A stretch of 63,910 bases of DNA, filler included, from Dugesia japonica (Eukaryota): assembly GCA_001938525.1 (NCBI GenBank). It is 5 parts of 5 records of this genome, joined end to end, with 100 filler letters (N's around TTAATTAATTAA, not from the genome) between each part and the next. Parts side by side here need not be neighbours in the genome. Positions count along the whole stretch, not along the records: positions 9,808 to 27,893 come from MQRL01642576.1; 4 more parts are not named here. One strand, written 5' to 3'. The notes below the pieces were generated by a model. The model was not told the DNA's origin and ran no database searches. It was given only the letters and a program-made list of their open reading frames with translations. A program made the position numbers and the translations under genes. The first letter of the stretch is position 1, and every line of letters starts with the position of its first letter. Of the stretch, positions 12,031 to 25,399 are shown piece after piece.

Positions 12031-14657
12031 AAATGTGAGGAAACTATAGGAATCAAACTAGACATTTTCGAATACTCCAAAACACAACCATGCATAGTTC
12101 TCTAAATAAAGAAAATCTTTAATATCAAACACCGAATTTGTTTGGGTATTCGAATAGTTGAAGATTTCTTCGAAACATTTAATTCATCATTTGATCTTCG
12201 AATTTGACAATTTTCACTTCCGTTTGCGTTTTCATTTTTAAATCTTATTTTTTATTGTTTTTATTACGAAATTCATTTGATTATAATTTTCGAATTTCCT
12301 CGAATACTGCTGGTTCATTATTTTTTGAATTAATTTATTTTGTTTAAAGTATATTTTTTAAATATTTTAGATTCTTAGCATAAATTAAATTTTTTTTTTA
12401 ATCAGTTTTCCCGAAAATTTAAAAATTTTTTTACTTTATTATTTTTAACTTGATTATCTAAATCATTAGAATTAAATTTTTTATAAATTTCTTATTAAAT
12501 TCATTTTTTTAAAAAATTTTCATTATTTTATAAAAGTTTGTATTTGTTTTGAAAGAATTTATTTATTATTTAATATTTATTTTTAATATTTATTTATTTA
12601 TTTATTTTATAAAATGTATTTTTTTTATTAAATTTTTTAATCAAAAAATATTATTTTTTATAAATGAACCAAATTATTCTAAAAAGTTCTATTATAATTC
12701 TCATTTCGTTCTTTATCATTAATTTTTGGATACATCATTGTCATATTTTTTTATTTCTGTATACGGTTTTTAAAATAAAGAATTTCTTTATAATCATAAC
12801 CGATTTTTTTTGAGTATTCGAAACATTCATTTCTTCATGTGTTCTTCGATTTTAATAGACATTTGTTCAGCTTCCACTTGCGTTCTTACAGTTAGTTCCG
12901 ACGTTAGCTTGCATTTTTAATTTTTACTTTTAAAATTTTTTCTTGAAATTTTAATATTGAACTTTTTAAAAAAATGTATGGCATTGAGATCTTTATTACC
13001 TAGATCGTTAGATTAAATATAATAAACTAAAAATTATTTACATAATAAGTCAATAAAATTATAATAAAATGAAAATTTCAAAATAAAGAGATACTCACAT
13101 AAATCAATATATTGTTACAGCATTGAAACTGTTTGAAATTGTTCTGGATTAATCGAATATCTTTGTGTGCTTGCTATAGTATTGGTATTATAACTATGAT
13201 ATGTGGTTTATTATGTGATGCGTGTGTATGTTAGATATAAAATGTTATTTTCCCAAACAATATGAACAAAAAATATAAATGTTGGTATTTAATAATTAAT
13301 GTAGATAAAATTCTTGATGATCTGGTTGAACATTAATTATCATGAGTTAATCTATACTGGTGAAGTTCATTTTCCATCGTTACTATTAACAAATAACCCA
13401 GGTAATATGTTATAAACAAAACTAAATTATTTTACATTTATTAAATAATGATGTTTATTACATAACAAGATCAATAAAATAACAATATTAAACTATTTTT
13501 TTAAATTTAATGTTGCGAAAGTTTTGTAAAACACTGAATATCTAATATATCTAATATTTAAATATTTAAAATTTAAAATAAAACAATGTTACCATTCTTC
13601 TATCTGCCAGTCTGGCATTTATGTTGCATACTTAACGCAAATGTTAGACTTTACAGCTTAATATTCTATGCCACACCTTTCATCTCTAGACTAAAGTGAA
13701 GATTTATTTTATTCAATATTTTATTTTCTTCATTTTGATAAATTTCGTTTGCAAATGTTAGATGATTGTGATTGAAAACTTTACCAAATTTTTCATTACA
13801 AATTGCATATTTTCCACATTTTGAAACGTTCGATCGGATCACTTCATAACAGATATATACGTCATCCGATTTCGGTTCTAAGGATATCAAACTTGTTCAG
13901 ATCCCATTATTATTACAAACGCTGTCGCAAATTTGACAAAGAAAACAATTTCATTAAAACAAAACGATTTTTTTATTTTAGCAAATATCTATCAATAGAA
14001 CAATTTTTCGTTACTAGTACTTCAGGCAATTTATAAGTAGTTTTTAATTCTCTTTCGAATGTTATAAAAATGTCGATAATTGTAACGGAGAAATTTATCT
14101 TCAACGGNNNNNNNNNNNNNNNNNNNNNNNNNNNNNNNNNNNNNNNNNNNNNNNNNNNNNNNNNNNNNNNNNNNNNNNNNNNNNNNNNNNNNNNNNNNNN
14201 NNNNNNNNNNNNNNNNNNNNNNNNNNNNNNNNNNNNNNNNNNNNNNNNNNNNNNNNNNNNNNNNNNNNNNNNNNNNNNNNNNNNNNNNNNNNNNNNNNNN
14301 NNNNNNNNNNNNNNNNNNNNNNNNNNNNNNNNNNNNNNNNNNNNNNNNNNNNNNNNNNNNNNNNNNNNNNNNNNNNNNNNNNNNNNNNNNCGGAAATTAA
14401 ATTTTTAGTTTAAATAAGGTGAAATTAATGATTTTTTGTTAACATTTACTAAAATCAATTTTTACGGAAATCCAGTAGAAAAGTCCACTATGTTTAAATA
14501 TTTAATTTTTTAAAAAATAAAATGAAATATTTNNNNNNNNNNNNNNNNNNNNNNNNNNNNNNNNNNNNNNNNNNNNNNNNNNGAGTTAATTTTTAAAAAA
14601 CATGCGCGATAACTTGTCAGCTGTTTAAATGTCACTAACCTTTATATCGGTTTGTAC

Positions 14658-15842
14658 CAACGACGGATCAAGAAATTTTTCATGGGGGGCGATATAAAAA
14701 TAATTACGTCATTTATTATGTAATCGANNNNNNNNNNNNNNNNNNNNNNNNNNNNNNNNNNNNNNNNNNNNNNNNNNNNNNNNNNNNNNNNNNNNNNNNN
14801 NNNNNNNNNNNNNNNNNNNNNNNNNNNNNNNNNNNNNNNNNNNNNNNNNNNNNNNNNNNNNNNNNNNNNNNNNNNNNNNNNNNNNNNNNNNNNNNNNTTT
14901 TTTAATTTTTATTAGGGTAAAAAATTTCAAAAATTTAACTTCAACACAATTTTTCAATTTTATCTTTTTCAGGAGTTTTTATTAAATAAATTGAATAAAT
15001 CAATTATAACTCTCAAAGAAAATAAATTCGAATATTTGGGGAAGTAAGTTAATTTTTTGAAATTTTTAACCTTTTATAAAAATTTTTAAAAAAGATTTTT
15101 TGATCTAAGCCTTAGTTTTTTTCTTAATTTTGAAAATATTTTATTTTATCATTCAGAGATTAATGGTTAGAAAGTTTAAAAGTGAATAATTACAAAAAGA
15201 GTAACTTACAAATAATTCAAATTTTCATGGGAATTCGAGCGAACAGTCCAAGTTTTTCAAAAATAATTTTTATGCTCAGATTTCAAATACTTTTTTACCA
15301 ATCTGTTAAGAATTTGGTTTTTTCAATATTTTACTTAGATTTTTCGAATAAAAAGTATTTCAAATTTTATCATCAACCCATCTATTCAATAGAAAATTTT
15401 ATGCTGAGTAGGAATAACACGTGTAAAAATCACCAAAACGTATTCCCGAGGAAATACATAAAAATAACAATAAAAAACAAACAAGTACAATTTCTATATA
15501 AGGTTAATTTTTATTAAAAAAATTTACTTAATTTATCATTTTTAGTATTTATAATATATATATCCTAGATTACTAAACTAAAATTTCAAACCGAATTTCT
15601 AAACCACTTTGTAATCCCGGGATATGGTTTAGTGCGCCACTATCTATCTACTTTGTTTTAATTCTACAATTATTTTTATCTTATTCATTCCGACGTTTTG
15701 ATACAAAATTGTTTTTAATTATTTCTTCTTTACTTTCTCATATTACTATCCTACTATTCACGTGGATAGTCGCTCCTTATCAATATAAAACTTCGAAATC
15801 CTTTTATGGGTGGGACGATCGCCCCCTGTGGATCCGTCCTTA
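14658..15842. mobile_element. Non-autonomous hAT-type element with a nested insertion (~14955-15652)
   Basis: TIRs CAACGACGGATC / GATCCGTCCTTA with subterminal GGGGGCGAT / ATCGCCCCC. 8-bp TSD GTTTGTAC (14650-14657) / GCTTGTAC (15843-15850). Confidence 0.75.
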
Positions 15843-17429
15843 GCTTGTACACATATTTAAGTACTAGTCCTTTAAACAATGTTTAGGCAAAATCGAAGTC
15901 ACATTTCATTCATACCGTTATTGCTTCGAAAAAGTGAAAGTAAATAACTGCAAAGTTGTGATTTAAAAGTGTTTGCGATTATCGATTCGTACACTGAACT
16001 TCAAAATGAAATTAGCACCAAAATGCTCACATTCACTTTCCGTGTGCATAAATATTAAACTTGACCAAAAAAAATTTAAAATTTTAAGTTTTCAGAAAAA
16101 TTGATTGACTTAATTTTAAAATTTTTTTCATCGTGAAAAGAAGAAAACTTTTTCCATTATGAAAATATATAAATTTCGAATTTGGTGGTGAGCTGGGTGC
16201 TTACATGCGCCATTATCTACCCACTTTCTTATTGTGCGCAATATTCGTTTGCGCATCTTTCCAGAAACAGTTTTGCAAGTACCTTTATTTTGCTTCAAAG
16301 ATGTGTATTTAATTTTTATAAGTAGATGTATTATAATTTGTCTAGAAGGTTTAAACCTGGTTGATTAATGTTGATGCATATTAAATTTGCTTTATGTTAT
16401 TTATTTACTTATTTTTTATACTTGTATTGGGTTACTGTATTGTATTAAGTGAACAGATAGTGTATCGAATAGTGTGCATTAAATTATGAGATAAAGTGTA
16501 GAGTGAATGAATGATTAAAGTAGATTAAGTGAATGAATGATTTGTATGCATATTTATTAAAGTTGTTATGTAATAATGAATTTATATTTGGTTTAATAAA
16601 ATTGTATACTTTAATGGAGTTTATTTAAATTATTACAATTCAAAATACATTTATAAAAATAAATTGTTACCATTATTACAATTAACAAATTCTAACCTGT
16701 TCATAAAATTACCATTTGCATTATTCATAAAATTTTCATTAGCATTGATCATAAAATTTCCATTTATATTTTACTTAAAATTTTCACTTTTATTCTACAA
16801 AAATTAAATTGATTAAAAATCTTAATTACTTCATTGATTTTTCTCTTTGTGGAAAAGTTCATCAATGATAAGTTTATTTTGTTATTATCTAAAATGAAAA
16901 AGTTAAAAATATTTTAAAAATTAAATAACTTACAAATGACAGGATTACAACTTATGATAACACATGCATCATTTTATATTTTTAGTGGTTGCATAATCAC
17001 GTTTAGCAAAATGATTATATATGTTGGGTTTTCATGAGTTTGATGTGGAAAATATTCACTTAGGCGCATGCTCATGAAAATATCAAGCATTTTAATGATT
17101 GTCCTAAGATCATCTTTTAGTGGGACTGCATGAGTTCACTCTTTTATTGGAGTCCAGCGGACCAGAGTGTTAGTCCATTTTACTTCAGTAAAAAAACAAT
17201 AATATGAACTCATATCAAAATCTATATAATAAAGCAAACTTTATAAAACAACAGAAAAATTCGATGTAAAACTCGGATCTCTAAATTTATTAAATTATAA
17301 AACAATAATTACATTCGATTAAAACAGCTCTATAAATTTATTAAGTAAGACCGAACACATTAACTAGAAAGCAAGTTATTTTTTTATCAGATAGCGTTAA
17401 TCAAACAAAAGAAAACTTAAATATATATA

Positions 17430-20400
17430 CAAAAAAGCCTAATGTGGAATCCCGCCTATTTGGAAAATTTCTAATGTAGAAACAATCTCTTAAATAATTT
17501 ATTTTCTATTGTATTGAGAGAAATAAACCCGGCCTATTAGGAACTCGGTCTATTTGGAAAATCGGCCAATTCGGAATTTAAAAAAAAGTTAATGTGGAAA
17601 GACTTACTTTGCTAATTAAAATTTATTTAAATTGTGCTTTAATTAATGTTACAATGTTAGAAATAATATAACTTAAAAATATAGTAATTAAAATCAAACA
17701 CTGAAATAAAATTTTAATTTAAGAACATTCATGAATTTCGGTGCATTTACACCTTTCATTGTTTATATATATTAAATAGTTATAAGGAAGCAGAAGAACG
17801 TTACAATTTTTGAAATTGAAAGTCGATTTTTAAATTCAAGATATTTTAAAAAGTATTAATTTAAAAAGTTGCAAAAGTTTGACGTAAATCAATTACAATT
17901 TAATCAAATTGCAATCCTCTTTAAATTCTTTCAATATTATTCATAAATCTTTATTAAAAAATACCCATATGACCAAATACAATTACTACACGAAAGGATT
18001 TGACATGGACAGAAATTTGAAATTTTAAATAAGATTGACATTGGAGTAAGCTACAAAACATTATGCATGGAGTATGGTGTCTCTAAAAAAAACGATTTAT
18101 AATATTAAAAAGAACAAAGAAACTTTAAAGAATTTGAAGTGGGATATTCACTGTGTTAAAAATCGAAAAAGAGACATTTCTTCCGTATATTCTAAAGTTG
18201 AAGATTTAGTATTGCTTTTTTTCCGGCAATGCAGAACTAACAACATTTCAAACAGCTCACAAACTCTGACTCATAACTCCATACGTGAGACCGGTCATCA
18301 ATCTTTCTCTAACCGGTCCACTTAAAACATTTCTGGATTACAATTTTCTCCTACTCAAACACATGATGTCATTAATGAAACTCTCAAAAACACTCATCTC
18401 AAAAACAATATTCAACGAACTTCTTTCAGCTTAACTTTTTCTCAAGATGATCGTCTCTCGGATGGTCTTTTCAGGTCTATAAGCAAAAACCTTGGCTCTC
18501 CGAAACATCGTGAAAATAGCGGCAGTGATATCTTTTCTGATTCTAGTTCCAGCGAATTACCTATTCAGGATCAATACACGCATATCAAGACCTACCATTC
18601 TAATCAGTTCCACTGATAATGCAAAAGGCAAGGGAAATTGGAGTTAGTATTGGATTGGATGATTTTGTTGCAAGTAATGGTTGGCTTGATAGATTCAAGC
18701 GAAGCAAATGAATATCAAATAAAAGATTATGTGGCGAGTAAGCAAACGTAGATTTAAATGCAGTTTCTAACTGGAAATCTCAAATACCTGGTTATATTAA
18801 GCGATACAGTAGTAAAGACATCTTTAATTTAGATGAAAGCGGGTTCTTTAATCGTTCCTTACCAAATATATCGTTGGTTGAAAAACGAGATGCTTGTAAA
18901 GCCGGTAAAATGGCTAAGGAAAGAGCAAGTGTTTTGTTTTATTGCAGTTTAACCGTGGAGAAAATGAAACCTTTGGTTTTAGGGAATGCGGTTTTCCCAA
19001 GGGTATTTAAAACTAATAATGTTAAACTGAACGATTTTCCCGTGATTTGGAGAAGTAATAAAAAGTCTTGGATGACATCAACAATATTCTCGTAATGGAT
19101 TTTCGGAACTAATAATGAAACGCGAGCCAGCAATAGGAAGATTCTAATGTTTTTGGATGTCACACGTTTTTAGAGTTAAGTAATGTAAAGCTGGTGTTCA
19201 ACCGCTTGATCAAGTGATTATTGCTACTGTTAAATCTATAGTAGATTATTGTTATCAACCATGGTTTCGAGGTTGGATGAGTTTAATAATGCCTCGGAAT
19301 TCACGAAATTAATAACAGTCTTGAATGCAATATTGATTTATCAGAAGTTCCTGGAATGCTGTTACGGTTGAAACCATTAGTAAATGCTTTAGAAATGCCG
19401 ATTTTGGCATAGGTTGAATTTATAAATTCCGATATAAATAATTTTGAAATAGATAAAATAGATAATTATAATTATAATTATAATGACAATTGGCTTACTG
19501 GACTTGATGTCTTAAAAGAATTTGAGGAGAATAACTGTTTTGATATTAAATGCGAAACCGAAGGTGAAACTACAAATAAAATTGATTTATTGATTTCTAG
19601 AATAATTTCTGAACATCTTGATAACGTAACGAAGGTTAATGATGCACATAATTCGTCTTTAATGTTTGAGGATGGTATTAATGATAAAGTTGTTACTTTT
19701 TGTGATGTTTTAAAGTCATTGAAAATAGTTGAAAAATTTTTCCAATTTTGGGGAAGCTTTTTGATATTAAAAATTGTATTGATGAGCAACGGGCAAAGGA
19801 AAAACCCAGGAATGTTGTTCAAACAACTTTGGACCGTTTCGTAACAAAAAATCCCCCTTAGTTTGATTGAAATTTTAATATTATTAAGTATGGTGTTTGA
19901 AATTCATTATCTTTTTTTAATAAAAGTGTTTACAATTATTTTTTAAAAAACTGGTAGTGGGACTTAAAACCCATAATATTGTAATAACTATTTATATACC
20001 GCTGATATTTATATTTATTTAAAATATTCTAATCTTCATTGGGGATTGAAATAATACATTAAATTCATATGTTTAAAAATTTGTAAGGTATAATTTATAA
20101 AATAAAATAAAAATATTAAGCTATATATTCTTTATAATACGTATCAAANNNNNNNNNNNNNNNNNNNNNNNNNNNNNNNNNNNNNNNNNNNNNNNNNNNN
20201 NNNNNNNNNNNNNNNNNNNNNNNNNNNNNNNNNNNNNNNNNNNNNNNNNNNNNNNNNNNNNNNNNNNNNNNNNNNNNNNNNNNNNNNNNNNNNNNNNNNN
20301 NNNNNNNNNNNNNNTTATTTAAAATTTCTTCGAAATGGAGGGTTCATTTTTGATCTTCAAATAATATATAAAATATAACACAACCCTCTTAATGTGGAAA

Positions 20401-20460
20401 ACCCGCCCAATTTGGAAAAATATTTCGGGAACGGATTTTCCACGTTAGGGGGTTTTACTG
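17430..20460 (+). mobile_element. Degraded pogo/Tigger DNA transposon
   Basis: TIRs CAAAAAAGCCTAATGTGGAA / TTCCACGTTAGGGGGTTTTACTG in TA context. Subterminal repeats CCCGCC(T/C)A(T/A)TTGGAAAA. Confidence 0.85.
17969..19790 (+). pseudogene. Tigger-type transposase pseudogene (CENP-B HTH + DDE_1)
   Basis: CMEYGVSKKTIYNIKKNKE, VEDLVLLFFRQCR, FVASNGWLDRFK, DIFNLDESG, GKMAKER, EKMKPLVLG, PVIWRSNKKSWMTS, RKILMFLD, PLDQVII. Many stops and frameshifts. Confidence 0.9.
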
Positions 20461-21410
20461 TATATATATATACACACAAATATTTTTACGTTTACTTGGA
20501 AATCGCAGGAAAACGAATAGGGAGGACTATTTGTAGTTTTAAAGAAAATTTTAATCACCTTAGTTCAATATCATTGATTTTTCTTTTTTCTATTATTTTA
20601 TGTATATTTTTATTGGTACGAAGGTATTGGTTTTAGTCCCATTTAATCATGATTAGCAGAGTAAAACAAAATTATAAAACTAAATAAATTTATATTTTCT
20701 ACTTTTTCTACTTTTTGATATTCTTTCCCTAAAATAAAGTTGAGTCTTTCGATTAGAAATTCAGTCACTAGTAGTCCAAAATTTTTAACCGGACTAAATA
20801 TACTTCCTATTTGTCAACATTATGTTCTGGATATCCAATATCTAAAAGATCACACTATGATTCATTAACCAATTATCTAAAATACATTGATTTCACCCGC
20901 TCTTTTTTAAAAAATATATAGTTGGGACTTAATAAATTAAATTAACAAAAGGTTTAGAATAAGAGTATTTAATAAATCTGCAACCCCGATAGAAGAGCAA
21001 AATAAAATTTTAACGCTCTGAAGATAAGAGTAATTATATCGTAACAGTAAACATCATTGATAATTTATTGTCACACAACCTATTAAGTTTTTTTTAATAT
21101 GGTTCACAAAAGGTTTTAAGGAAATAATTCTGGAGACGAAATTGTGATCAGACTAAAACTAAACTCAAGCTAGCAAGTTTTTTTTACCATTCACCTGTGA
21201 TATATACAAGAAATTGATTATTAAATTAATAATTTCAGATTATTTCATTGCGTAAAATAATTTTCTTTAGTTTAATTATTGTATTCAAAAAAAAATTTGG
21301 AATCAGTAAAATTGATTAATATTAGGTTGCTAAGAAAATAATGTCGAATATAAATTAATATTATTCCTGTAGCCTAAGAATTTAACCTACTGTTCCTGTG
21401 TTAAGTATTC

Positions 21411-21760
21411 AGGATAGAGTCGATGACTCTTAGTTAGAGTGGATGCTCGTATCCCATTGGTTTGGGTTCGTATTTCCCCCTCGTTATAACTCGTGTTATC
21501 CTTATTTATTGAAGACAATTCCAATTTCATCACTAAGATTTATTTATAATACATGGTAGATAGGATGGGATATCATCTTAATCGAAAAGAGCGTCATCCT
21601 CCGCTGAATTTCATGGTTACATATCTGTGATTGTTTTGGTAAACGGTGAGATTCATAGTGGATGTTAATTGAATGCGGTACACTGAAAAAAACCCATTAG
21701 TTTGAGTTTATTGATAGATGAAAAGTTAATTAATCTCAAAAATGACAATGATAATGATTT
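21411..21760 (+). mobile_element. Probable tRNA-derived SINE
   Basis: A-box-like TGACTCTTAGTTAG and B-box-like GGGTTCGTATTTCC, a ~250-bp body and a short (AATGAT)-like tail. No intact cloverleaf. Confidence 0.45.
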
Positions 21761-21882
21761 CATTTTTCATTCATTTAATAACAAATGAAAGACGTAAAAA
21801 ATAATGTTTTCTTGTTACAAAGTTTATATCTTGGTGCCAAGTTTTCTAAAATTAATAATATGCATTATTATTATAATAATTG

Positions 21883-21946
<64 letters not shown>

Positions 21947-22026
21947 NNNNNNNNNNNNNNNNNNNNNNNNNNNNNNNNNNNNNNNNNNNNNNNNNNNNNN
22001 NNNNNNNNNNNNNNNNNNNNNNNNNN

Positions 22027-22073
<47 letters not shown>

Positions 22074-22339
22074 TAATTGATCAATTAATTAATTATTATT
22101 AATGTTATTAAAATTTTAACGGTATTGATTTTAATAAATACTAATACAAAAAGTATAAGAAAAATAATTTAGATATAAGCATTATATATTTATGCAATGA
22201 ATAAAAATGAAAATAATTGTTTGCATATTGGATTACTAAAAACATTGTTTTTATTTTCAAATTTATTGAATTACTTCCAAATAATGTGTTCCAACTTCAA
22301 GCATTCATTTTATAAAATTGTTGTTCAGTTGTATAACAT

Positions 22340-23716
22340 CTATTCACAAAAAAGCAATGTAATTGGATGAATGAAGGATATAATCGGGCTTATAATCATT
22401 ATTTTATTGATTAATACAGATTTGGATTCTGATTTAGACAAGTCTGTCAGATAAACTATTGTTGTATTTAGTATTCCTACTAGCATAATTATAATTCCAA
22501 TTATGGTTCCAAAATATTTTTTTGGGAAAACAGAGCTCAAATATGATCCCAATAAGCCACAGATAAATGCTCGATAAATACAAAATAGCATGAACACTCC
22601 CCAATAGATATGTTGATTGGCAATTCCTATTAATCCGGAAGCTATTAACAATGAAGTATTACAAATCAAGAATGGAATAACGAACACTTTGTCCAGTTTG
22701 TTCGAAAAATATTCAATTGATTTTGTTGATAAGTTTGATTGCATATCAAGAATGATCCTTGACTGTAGGAAATCTAATAACAATCCAGCCAACATTGAAA
22801 CAAAAACACCGGAGAAAAATATAACATTGGAAATAAATTGTAAATTTCCTACTGTTTGTTTATCGAATGGAAATAAAAATGTCAATTGTAATTCCATTTG
22901 AGATAAGAAAAATATGAATCGATATATTGTTAAAGTAAAAAAAATTGTCATTGTTATAAATTTTCTACTGATTACAACTTTCCAAATATTTGGATAAATT
23001 TCTAATAAATAATTTTGTCTTTTAAGAAATAAGTCATCTGAAGATTCTTTACAATCTGAATTTTCCAATACTTCATATTCGGTACCAATTAATATGTTTT
23101 TTGGATTGTTTCGCAGAAGTATAAATGTAGTTGGTATAATAATTATAATTGATAGGCAACCTAAGAAAGAAAACGAAATATAAAGTGGAACCCCTTCATC
23201 GAAAAGTGCTTTAATAATTACAAAAACTAATGCGGATGAACTCATCAATCCAGTTTGTATAGAAATCATGAAATTTTTTTTTCTTCCAAACATTTCAGAA
23301 ATGGTTATATTGGTTAAGCTTATTGCTTGTGAAGTGAAAGCAGAGAAGCAACCAGCAATAAATAAAATCCATGAATAATATTGAACTAATCCAAACGAAA
23401 TGCATCCAGTTACGCATGTTAAACATGCAATTATTCTAGTAATTTTGATTCCATATTTATCAAAAATCATTCCTAGCGGAATTGATAATAATGATTGAAA
23501 ACATACCCAAAATACAAATGCATTTCCATAGTAAATGTCTTGTTTAACACATGTATTTTTTCTATCTGGTACTAAATTAGACTGGTTACAAAATTTAGAA
23601 AATACGCCAAGACTTTTATAAGCAGGTATCATTGAATTAAAGCCATAAACAATATCACTGAATAAGAACATTTCTATAATTGATGTTGTTGCTATCATGA
23701 TTGTTTTCAGTTTCAT
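22340..23716 (-). CDS. slc43a: SLC43-family (LAT3/LAT4/SLC43A3-like) MFS transporter, 458 aa, intronless CDS
   Basis: Intact ORF with ~12 hydrophobic segments. SLC43 motifs IIEMFLFS.IVYGF, F..FC...C.KQD, PLGMIFDKYG, VFPKKYFGTIIG and terminal FIHP. First ATG at 23716 (the ORF track starts at an upstream TTG). Confidence 0.9.
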   Translation of the reverse strand: MKLKTIMIATTSIIEMFLFSDIVYGFNSMIPAYKSLGVFSKFCNQSNLVPDRKNTCVKQDIYYGNAFVFWVCFQSLLSIPLGMIFDKYGIKITRIIACLTCVTGCISFGLVQYYSWILFIAGCFSAFTSQAISLTNITISEMFGRKKNFMISIQTGLMSSSALVFVIIKALFDEGVPLYISFSFLGCLSIIIIIPTTFILLRNNPKNILIGTEYEVLENSDCKESSDDLFLKRQNYLLEIYPNIWKVVISRKFITMTIFFTLTIYRFIFFLSQMELQLTFLFPFDKQTVGNLQFISNVIFFSGVFVSMLAGLLLDFLQSRIILDMQSNLSTKSIEYFSNKLDKVFVIPFLICNTSLLIASGLIGIANQHIYWGVFMLFCIYRAFICGLLGSYLSSVFPKKYFGTIIGIIIMLVGILNTTIVYLTDLSKSESKSVLINKIMIISPIISFIHPITLLFCE

Positions 23717-24949
23717 TTTTTCATCAATTATAAATATTCTCAATTTAGCTGGAATACTTTGAATTTGGAGATTTCATCTAAAAATGTTTTAAATATATCA
23801 GTTATATTTATATTATTAGTAATTTGTGAATATTATGTAATGTTAAAAGTATTTCGTAATTTTTTATCTCTAAGAATTTTGGTATCATTTAGACCATTAA
23901 TTAGATAATTATTGATTAGTTAAGTACTTTCACAGACAAGTTTTTTAAATAAAAATTAAAGTATTATTTATTTTAACCTTTTTTGAGTATGCTTTTAAAC
24001 TTTTTATGTATTAAATGAGAATTAAGATTTAAAAGTAGTAATTTTTTAAAGCATTTCTAAATTTCATTCTACATCTCACTGTTCTTGTTCAACTCAACAT
24101 TTTCGTTAATCGTTTCTTAGGGCATTACTCTCAGTGCGCTCGTCGCGGAGGTAAGCAAGAAAAGAAGATTTACAATACTAAAACAACTATTACTTGTTGG
24201 TAATTTATCGGATATTACTGTTTAACTTTTTACCGGTAAACTTTGAGAATAACGATTCAAAAAATGGCCAGTTTTATATTATTGAAGAGTTTTTCTTTGT
24301 TTTTTCTTTACATTTATATTTTCTAGCGATTATTAATATATTACTCTACTATCAGAAATCAAATCAAATAAACAAAAAGGATTTTTGTGCAGTGCTTTCA
24401 AAGCGATCATCAAAGATGACAGTTAATTGAGTGGGTCTAGTATGGTTGAGGATTTTGTTTCTCTGCGTTTCTTTTTTTGCCGACCGCACGACGAGATTAA
24501 CCTGGTTACAAAGAAAAACGGTTGTGCGTACGACTTAACAAAGTACCATACATTAAAAGATATAAAGCGAACTTAGAACGAAAATAATATATTTATTGAA
24601 GATTAATATGCAGATGGGTGAGACTCTACTGGATTTAACATTTTTATCTGTATCAATTATAGTGGTGAAAACATGAGTATGTAGCATATCATTGGTGGAA
24701 TATCAACCACTTATTCAAATTTCTTTCTGATAATAATTATTAACTTATTAATTAGTTAAATTCAGAAATTACATCAACCTATACAATTGTCTCTATTGTG
24801 AGCGTTTCTGAATTTGTGGTTTTATAAATGATGACACAGAAACCCTACATTTTTGAAGAATTTTTAAAGTAAATTATAGCTTATAAAAGCTAAATTTCCT
24901 TGAAAAAATTTGAAGTGACTTTGGGTGAGGGTTTCCAATTCCGGACATT

Positions 24950-25350
24950 ATTTTCAGTCCCGGGATTTCGTGATTACATTTTATCAATCCCTGGACTGAC
25001 TTATTCTGCTAAACAAAATTAATATACAGTAAAACCTAGACGTTTTTGTTTAAATTCAGCGCAAAATTAAAATTTTTATTAGTAACATATGTAATATGAA
25101 ATGATAATTAACAGCGTCATTTATTAAAAAAATACAGTGATAATTCATATACATATCAGAAAATAAAATATATCTCGAAAATTAAGAAGTATTAAAATTG
25201 AACATTGATTAAGTTTTTTTGTTGTCGAAAGTGCATCTGAGGAAAAAAAGCTCGCCTGGTACCTTATCATCGAAAGAACTTCTTAATTTATTAAAAATAA
25301 CCTTGCAGAAGCAAAGGCTCTTTCTGACTCGATGCTGGTTGGTTTTATCG
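24950..25350 (-). pseudogene. hAT transposase 3' remnant and element terminus
   Basis: KPTSIESERAFASARLF..KLRSSFDDK...LFFLRCTF (dimerisation domain). CCCGGGATTTCG-type terminal motifs at 24955-24998. Confidence 0.65.
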
Positions 25351-25399
25351 TTTTTAAATATGTATATATACGCTTTATATAATCGCCAACAACATTTTT

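Noticed and set aside
21411-21485. Functional tRNA gene
   Set aside because: A/B-box-like motifs only; no acceptor stem or cloverleaf could be built. Better explained as a SINE head.
21785-22080. Poly-Y/I/L ORFs (also 8076-8330, 51033-51344) and N-filled ORFs
   Set aside because: Translations of (AAT)n microsatellites or gaps.
22617-22901. Antisense ORF over the SLC43 gene (and similar antisense ORFs over transposases and pPolB)
   Set aside because: Shadow frames of real coding sequence.
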